NCBI RefSeq assembly: GCF_964204645.1
Contig: NC_134026.1
Span: forward strand, 1,945,950 to 2,009,949
Direction: 5' to 3'
From: Tubulanus polymorphus
Taxonomy: Eukaryota > Animalia > Nemertea
DNA length: 64,000 bases
How positions within the stretch are numbered: the stretch's first letter is position 1; the number at the start of each line of letters is the position of its first letter. This document shows, piece by piece, positions 57,106 through 64,000 of the stretch. The notes beneath the pieces were generated by a model. It was not told the origin of the DNA. It searched no databases and saw only the letters and a list, made by a program, of their open reading frames with translations. Position numbers and translations under genes: made by a program.

Positions 57106-60100
57106 TTATGTACATGCTTGTTGTTCGGCTATGACGTCCAGAACATCTGCCGCGTTTAATGAAAGTCCGAGCATTTCTGACGCGAATAACTCAGCGGTAA
57201 TGTCCTGCGGTAGGAATTCATCTAACGTTTCAGCTGCATTTGAAGCATCAAATTCCTGCAGTTCACTAGTGCCGCCCTCGGGATTAAAACCTAATAATGT
57301 CGTCAAATATTCGGCCAATTCATATTCTGTCATATGCTCTCCTAGAAAAGAATACATATATATATATATATATATATAAACTTGTTAAAGAACGCTATGT
57401 GGTTAACCGAAATATTTTCTAAAGATTAGATTTTTTGGTAAAATCTGTGTTAATCTTGATGAATAAATCAAGCCAGACTTTTCATAGTATTTGATTTGTA
57501 TTTCATATGAAGTTAGTTCATTTTAATAATGTTACCTCTGCTCTGTAGCATGTCCAAAAGATCTGCTCTTTCAACAGCAAATTGTCCACTATTGGCAGGA
57601 ATACCGAGCGTTTCGAACGCCCAACGAAGTTTGTCAGGAGATAATCCGAAAGCAGGCCGATGATTGACATACACTGAAAAATTTCGATGGACGAACATTT
57701 GCAATAAAACGGTTTATACAGAATTATAGAAATGACTATGAAATAGTATACGTACATTTGATAAATTCGCCGAGATCAATATCTTGAACATATTTTCCAG
57801 TCTCGACGTATTTGCTGTATTTCACTTCATTGATCATATCTTGAACCTCTTGTTCAGATGGGTAATAACCCATAGCACGCATGACGAATGGTACTTCAGA
57901 AAGAGCTATCTTCGTGGAAACTATTCTTGTATCCATTGTATCTACACCTTGACTATAAATTACAAACACAACAGTCAGTACATTGTATCAGAGCCTTATC
58001 ATTTGTGGCCAAAAGACCCAGCTCAAGTGAATCAGGGTGGCGCCACTTTCCGCCAATTTACAAATCCCAGAGTTTTCCCGTATTTTTCCATGAGATTACA
58101 CAAAATTTGATGAGAGAAACAGAGAAATTTCTAGGTTTAAAATGTTACAATTTTTTCATTTTTCATTGAATTGCGTATTGATAAATAGCATTATCCGAAT
58201 TCCCGGAGTTTCCTGGTTTTTGGTAAAATTTGTCATATTTGTCTCCCTTTCCCTGAATTTTTCTAGATTTTTCTGATTCCCTGAGTTTTCCAGATCAATG
58301 GCCATCCTGTAAAAGGTTTTCCTTTTACCTTCTGAGTTGGGCGTAATAGAAGTAATCTTCTAATTCGGCGAAAAGTTCTCCATCTCTTCCGCCATCCAAC
58401 AGGCCGTAAAACGGTATCAAATCTTTTCCACCTAAACTCGACTGGGCTTCCAACACTCTGTCAAACAGAAATATAAATTGGCCACAACTGTTAAAACAAA
58501 TACATATGAACTGAAAAGATGAAAGAAATCAACGAGAATTTGAAGCTTACTCTAGATTAGTGTCCCACATGTGAACGGAAGCATCTGAACCACCAGCTGT
58601 GAAGACATATCTACCATCATAACTACACGCTAAATTAGAGACCTATAAGAAACAACTAATTGATCAGTTAAATCATGTATAGATAAATATCTCGTACATA
58701 TCTAAGTGATACACATACCCCATTTGGATGAGCGATTAGAGCCATTGAGTTGTGTGGATTTCCATCCAGCGGTAGAACGTGCAAACCAACTTTATCACGA
58801 GTGTTATAAACCATATATCTCTTATCGTTAATCTCATCAGCAGTTGGTAAAATCAATATTCTGTAAGACGAGAAACATTGTTGTTGTCAACATTGTTATC
58901 TTTAAAGTTAGTGAAATATAAGAGCGATACTTACTTTTCTAAAGGTGAAGCGTATGTTGGTCCTAATAATGTTTTTCTGCACATTTTTGTCGTCGAATTG
59001 TAAAGTTTCAGCTTGAACTGTAAAAACGTATGGAATACATACAAACTGTTCTCTATCGAGTAGATGAAATACTCAATGAATATTGGTTATTTCATTGTCT
59101 TCAATTACCTGATCATTTGCTGTACAGATAAACTGTTCTTTAGTAATAGGGGGATACCATGACATACAGAGAGGATGAGCGCTTTGCTCGATACGGTCAG
59201 AAGCCAACACCTTCAGGTCGTCTTTCGAACTGTCTTCAAGATTGTATTCAATCTGATATACGATAGAAATTGATGAATCGATGTACATTCGTTAGCTATC
59301 TGATGCAATAATGAGGTATTGTGCACTTACCAGGAATCTGTCATCTCCTAATGAAAGCAGACGTGGTTTACCGTTATCGAGTTGTGTTCCGAACAAAACA
59401 TCTCTGATTTCTTTGTAATGCGCCCGATTTCTGCCCAAATACAACCACGGTTCCCCTTCGCGGTGTTTCGATCGCTCGAACACCGATAAAGTGAACTCGG
59501 CATCCTGAAATATGAGAAATTTATCTATGACTTTACAACAACAGAAAGATATCGTATGCCTCGGTACTAAAATCAAACGATGATTATCTACGTACAGCAA
59601 CAGCGAGATATTGGGAATCATGACTGAAAACCAGTTTTGTTACGGCATCATGTGAATAATGGAATGGGTTTTGAACTTCATCCGCTAACGTGAGACTGTC
59701 TAAAATTCTTACAGTTCCATTTGTGAAACCGACAGCCAAGTAAAATCCTTTTGGATCAAAAGCACAACATCTAATGCATTGTCCTCTATCGAAATAGCGA
59801 GATGCGACTGGTTTTCTGAAATTTGAATATCAACATTTTGATTAGACGAAAACAAGTAACTGCTAATATTTTACTCATTAAATGATGCTTACTTTCTGAC
59901 ATAATCCCAGACTTTTAACAGTCCAGAGTAACTTCCAATGACCACGCGTGAACTGAAATTATATGATTACATAGGGTTTTAGTGCAATCGGACTGAATGA
60001 TATAAAACTGTTGCAGATTAGGCAGGTTTTACTAAACCTTATTTAGAGAATACTTACTCTGATGGATGTGTTGCTAATGCGTGTACAGCGCTATCGTGAT

Positions 60101-63100
60101 CTCTGTGAATAATCTGAGTGAAAACATCAAAAATAGTTTTCGTAAGAAACAGACTGGTGTAATATTAATGTCGTTAACTCGTGAGCAGATGAACTTACAT
60201 CAATAACCGTTCCATCCGTCGTCACATGAGCATAAATAGCAGCAGAAGATCCAACCACAAAATCTCTGATAAAGAACTGTTTCGCAGATATTGTAGCATC
60301 GGGCGGATATTGAGTGTCTTCGCGCTTCCTACAAAATTCAGCAATATTATTCGTTCATTGTTTTTTCTTTCGTTTATCGATAGATTTGATGGAGCATGTA
60401 TGTTACTTACAACACGAGATCGAAATCTGGTAAATATGCAAATGACAGAGCATTAACGGGACCTACATTGAAATCCTGATACCTACAGAGATCGGATATA
60501 AACAATGTTAGTAATGAATCGATTGAAGTGCGCTATGTAAGAAAATAAACTACTATTATCATTGATTATGATTATTATTATCATTATAATTACATCACAT
60601 ACTAAACTTACCAGTTTACAAGTTTTAATGTCTGATCAAAATATTTCACATGACCCAATGCATCCCCTGTCACAAGGAACCTAAAAGTATGAATGTTTTC
60701 ATCACTATGATTATCTCATTCTAACGTGACTAATTAACATTATTCAGTTTTCATCAAATACCTGTCGGTTGTAGTCAAAACGGTGATCGCTTTGTCTTGA
60801 ATTTTAACCAGTTTCAACGCCTTTTTATCGGGAGATGATTCCGGTGATGGTTTTATATTTTCCCAGACTACGAGGTTTCCGAGTGATGTCGCGGTCAGTG
60901 CTCTCGAGCCTCCCTTTTGAAACACTGATTGGCTGTATTTTCCAACTGGTTTGTTGAAATCTTTATCAGATAAAGCCGGAGCGTAGTACACTAATTCTCC
61001 ATTTTTCTGAATTCAGAATGGATACATTTTCTACACGAGATACCAAAGTAATTTCAACGAATAAATAACGAATTAATTAAAGAATTAAGACTTACATAAG
61101 AGTAGAATATGATTTGTGATTCATTGTTTGAAACCAATTGCGTCGAATCATCAGGATTGAATAACACATATGTCTGCAAACACATTAAACATATTTCCAG
61201 TGAAACTTTTATTTCACCAGGCGCGTTGGAAGCAATGTTTTATCGCTGCGGCCAAATACCGATTTTGGACAGATTATTAATATTGCCGCGGCAAATCAAC
61301 TTAATTTCTTCAAAAACGTGGTATTCAAAGAAAAAAAAACGTCATTCATTCAATTGTTGCCACGGCTTTCACCGCAGCAGTCGCTGTACTTCCAACGCCA
61401 CTGTTCACATTAACAAAAGTTATAACTTAATTCGAATTCGTAAAAATCATGAAATAGTGTTGATTTTCTTACTTGCAATCCATATTTCGGATCTATTTCA
61501 GTTTTATGCATAGGTGTATTTTCACCATTCGTCCAGTCCCATAATGCTAATGTCTGCACACCTTGTTTGTCAGGTACGGACAAAGTGGCGAGATATTTAG
61601 CATCATTTGTAATCGCCATCGATACGATACCTCCGTCTGCCGGTTCAAACATTGTTCTTACTGGCATTCTAAAAATAGTAAACCAAAATATGAGATTGAA
61701 ATATCAGCGATGGCAACAGATTTTGATTATATTTGATATATAACGGGCTCTTACCCAGTTTGTGAATCCCAAATTATCAGTATATTATCACCGGTGCCTT
61801 TATCAGCTGTAGCGAGCCAACGTTTATCTTCACTCACACACGTGCAACTAATCGGGTTCGACTAAAAAATTAATCACCAATTTTCAGCAAGATCTCGATA
61901 AGAAGGAATTCATCGTTTAAAAGTGTTTTTATTTTTACGTACATGTCCCTGCAGCAGTCTCTGTGTATTGTACTCTATATCATACAGGACACCGGTATGA
62001 GCTACAACATACATGATTCTCTTACTGTTTCCATCTGTTATATTCAATACCGGTATATTGATGTTCATACCGAACGACCAAACCATATTCTACAAAACAA
62101 ACAGATAATTAAAGATTGAAATCCAAGTATTTCGCAAGCCACAAATATTTGATATTCAGGTGCCAGTTTATTTAATTAACTATAAGGACCAGTTGCTCAA
62201 AATTTGGTTTATTAAGTTAACTTTCAGTTATTCCGATGCAGTTTTAATCTTTAATATGTCATTTTTCAAATGTGACCATAAATTAGCCGTACGTACCAAT
62301 GCATTCATACCGCGTTCTGAAGGAATAAGAAACTCTGATTGGTCCGGTGTTTTGCTCGGGGCTGGTGGTGCACTCGGAATATTAATCCCAGTCTCTTCTG
62401 GAGACCTGAATATCAAAACATCGATAATAAATTAGTTCAAATAGAGAAGTAATGAACATGTTGAATATCGATCTAGTTCGTTTGTACCTGGGTGGAGCAC
62501 TGGGAGTTTTTGGAAGGGATACACCTGATGATGGACATGGAGATGAAAATGAAGGTGGTTGCGCTGGTGATTGTGGAACATCATCAGCCAACTGGTTAGC
62601 AGGTGTCTGGTCATCTGGTGTCTGTTCAGCAGGTGTCTGTTCAGCAGGTGTCTGGTCATCTGGCGTCTGTTCAGCAGGTGTCTGGTCAGCAGGTGTCTGG
62701 TCATCTGGTGTCTGTTCAGCAGGTGTCTGTTCAGCAGGTGTCTGGTCATCTGGTTTCTGTTCAGCAGGTGTCTGGTCAGCTGGTGCCTGTTCAGCAGGTG
62801 TTTGGTCAGCTGGTGTCTGTTCAGCAGGTGTCTGGTCAGCAGGTGTCTGGTCAGCTGGCGTCTGTTCAGCAGGTGTTTGGTCAGCAGGTGTCTGGTCAGC
62901 TGGTGTCTGTTCAGCAGGTGTCTGGTCATCTTTCCCTTCAGCTCCATTATTTGATGCATTAGTGTTCTCAGTTTGCAATTCACTATCATCGACCTCTCTC
63001 TCCTCATTTTCAGTTTCATCTACCTGATCACTTGCAGTTACTGCTGTTTCCTCATCTTCGTCAACAGCATCTATGACTTCAGCAGAAACTTTGTCTTCTA

Positions 63101-63245
63101 ACTGACTTGTATTTGTAGCATCACTCGCTTCAGTAGTTTCTACATTTTTTAATTTGGCAACTGAATTCTCTTCTATCTGATCAGCATCATTAGACGAATT
63201 TGTATTTTCTGCGGTCACCTCCGGTTTATTTTCAGGGTCTGACAT
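57106..63245 (-). CDS. CFAP251: Cilia- and flagella-associated protein 251 (WD40 repeats plus C-terminal EF-hand-like region)
   Basis: [81 protein letters not shown]. Confidence 0.9.
57355..57377. repeat. (TA)n microsatellite
   Basis: Directly visible. Confidence 0.9.
58033..58309. mobile_element. hAT-like MITE remnant in CFAP251 intron
   Basis: CAGGGTGGC...GCCATCCTG termini with internal TTTTCCCTGA-type subrepeats; no clear TSD. Confidence 0.55.
61218..61403. mobile_element. hAT-like MITE with 5-bp TSD
   Basis: CAGGCGCGTTGGAAG...CTTCCAACGCCACTG flanked by TTCAC on both sides. Confidence 0.7.
62601..62930 (-). repeat. Coding 15-bp minisatellite: 22 x [A/D][D/E]QTP in CFAP251 exon 1
   Basis: Tandem AGGTGTCTG(G/T)TCAGC units; in frame with the CFAP251 N-terminus. 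Confidence 0.95.
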
Positions 63246-63689
63246 CCTTAATGAATCCTGTAGCATTTAGAAAATAGTCAGAATTTATGTTGCATACTGT
63301 CTACTGACGAGAGTAAGATGTAGCCATTATTGGCTATTTTATTCATTAAAAAAATACAGCAAAATCTGCAATCAGAGGAGACTTTTTAAGACGATATAGC
63401 TAGACCTACCTAGTCAAATGTTGACGTTGTCGTTGTGTATTAAGAGTAGTAAGAAGACAACACAAATGATTTTGGATTTTTGTTGTTGTTGTTTTTGGAC
63501 ATTAAACTAAAGAAAAATATAATTCATTGTATGGCACACGAAGAATAAAGTGAAATACCTATTAGTTCAGTTAATTTACCAGTGCTGTATTTCTGTATCG
63601 TGTCAAAGATAAGAATTTAGTCTCTAGAGTCGAATTTATTAACGAAAAACCTCAGTACTAGCAGTGTATGGCGTCAATCATTCCCATAG

Positions 63690-63975
63690 AAACCGTTAGT
63701 GCTGCCACAGTGGTAACTTGCATGCCAGAGTAAGCATCGGTTCAAGGGATTCGAGTGGGGTTCGAACCGCATAGCTGTACTCGCGTGCCAGTGTCAAGCG
63801 ACCTGTTCTGTACTCGCTAGCCACTGTAAGCGACCTGGCTAACGGAGTGACGTTCGAATCCCATAAACTAGGCGTAAAAAAAAGTAGCTCAACGGATTCG
63901 AACCCCAGTGCACGACACACGCAGTAATCAGTTAACAACGAGACTGAGTGTTAGTTAATAATAATAATAATAATA
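63690..63975. repeat. GC-richer segment with several B-box-like motifs (SINE-like), ending in (AAT)n
   Basis: GGATTCGAG, GGTTCGAACC, GTTCGAATCCC and GGATTCGAACCCC within ~170 bp. Confidence 0.4.
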
Positions 63976-64000
63976 CTGAAGAATCTATTGCGTTCCTTTC

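Noticed and set aside
62432-63027. Overlapping ORFs in the other frames (LLNRHQ, SAGVW, SRCLV, VQQVS repeats)
   Set aside because: By-product of a stop-free 15-bp repeat; only the QTP frame splices into CFAP251.
63304-63330. CTGACGA as a hammerhead core
   Set aside because: No stem II followed by GAAA.

Overview
AT-rich, gene-dense genomic DNA from an intron-rich animal. It is an invertebrate, and a lophotrochozoan origin is my inference from protein style and short introns. Positions 1-5262 are a composite repeat block: a ~56-80 bp satellite with a tRNA-type B box, three 3' fragments of a non-LTR retrotransposon, and four ~178 bp hairpin elements. Eleven protein-coding genes follow: SLC35A3-like (+), threonine ammonia-lyase with ACT domain (-), BICDL1/BICDR-like (-), MED28 (+), ZDHHC16 (-), PLPP4/5 (+), C1QBP (-), CFAP46 (+), an intronless bacterial-style class I SAM methyltransferase (-), cofactor-dependent PGAM (+) and CFAP251/WDR66 (-). 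Introns hold many small TIR elements with 2-, 3-, 4-, 5-, 6- and 9-bp TSDs, and a Penelope-type palindrome with hammerhead cores. The most notable items are the intronless methyltransferase (HGT candidate), the B-box satellite with repeated LINE insertions, two U12-type introns, candidate 3-, 6- and 15-nt microexons, and three symmetric cassette exons in CFAP46. Gene names come from recalled motifs, not from database searches. CDS spans include introns.
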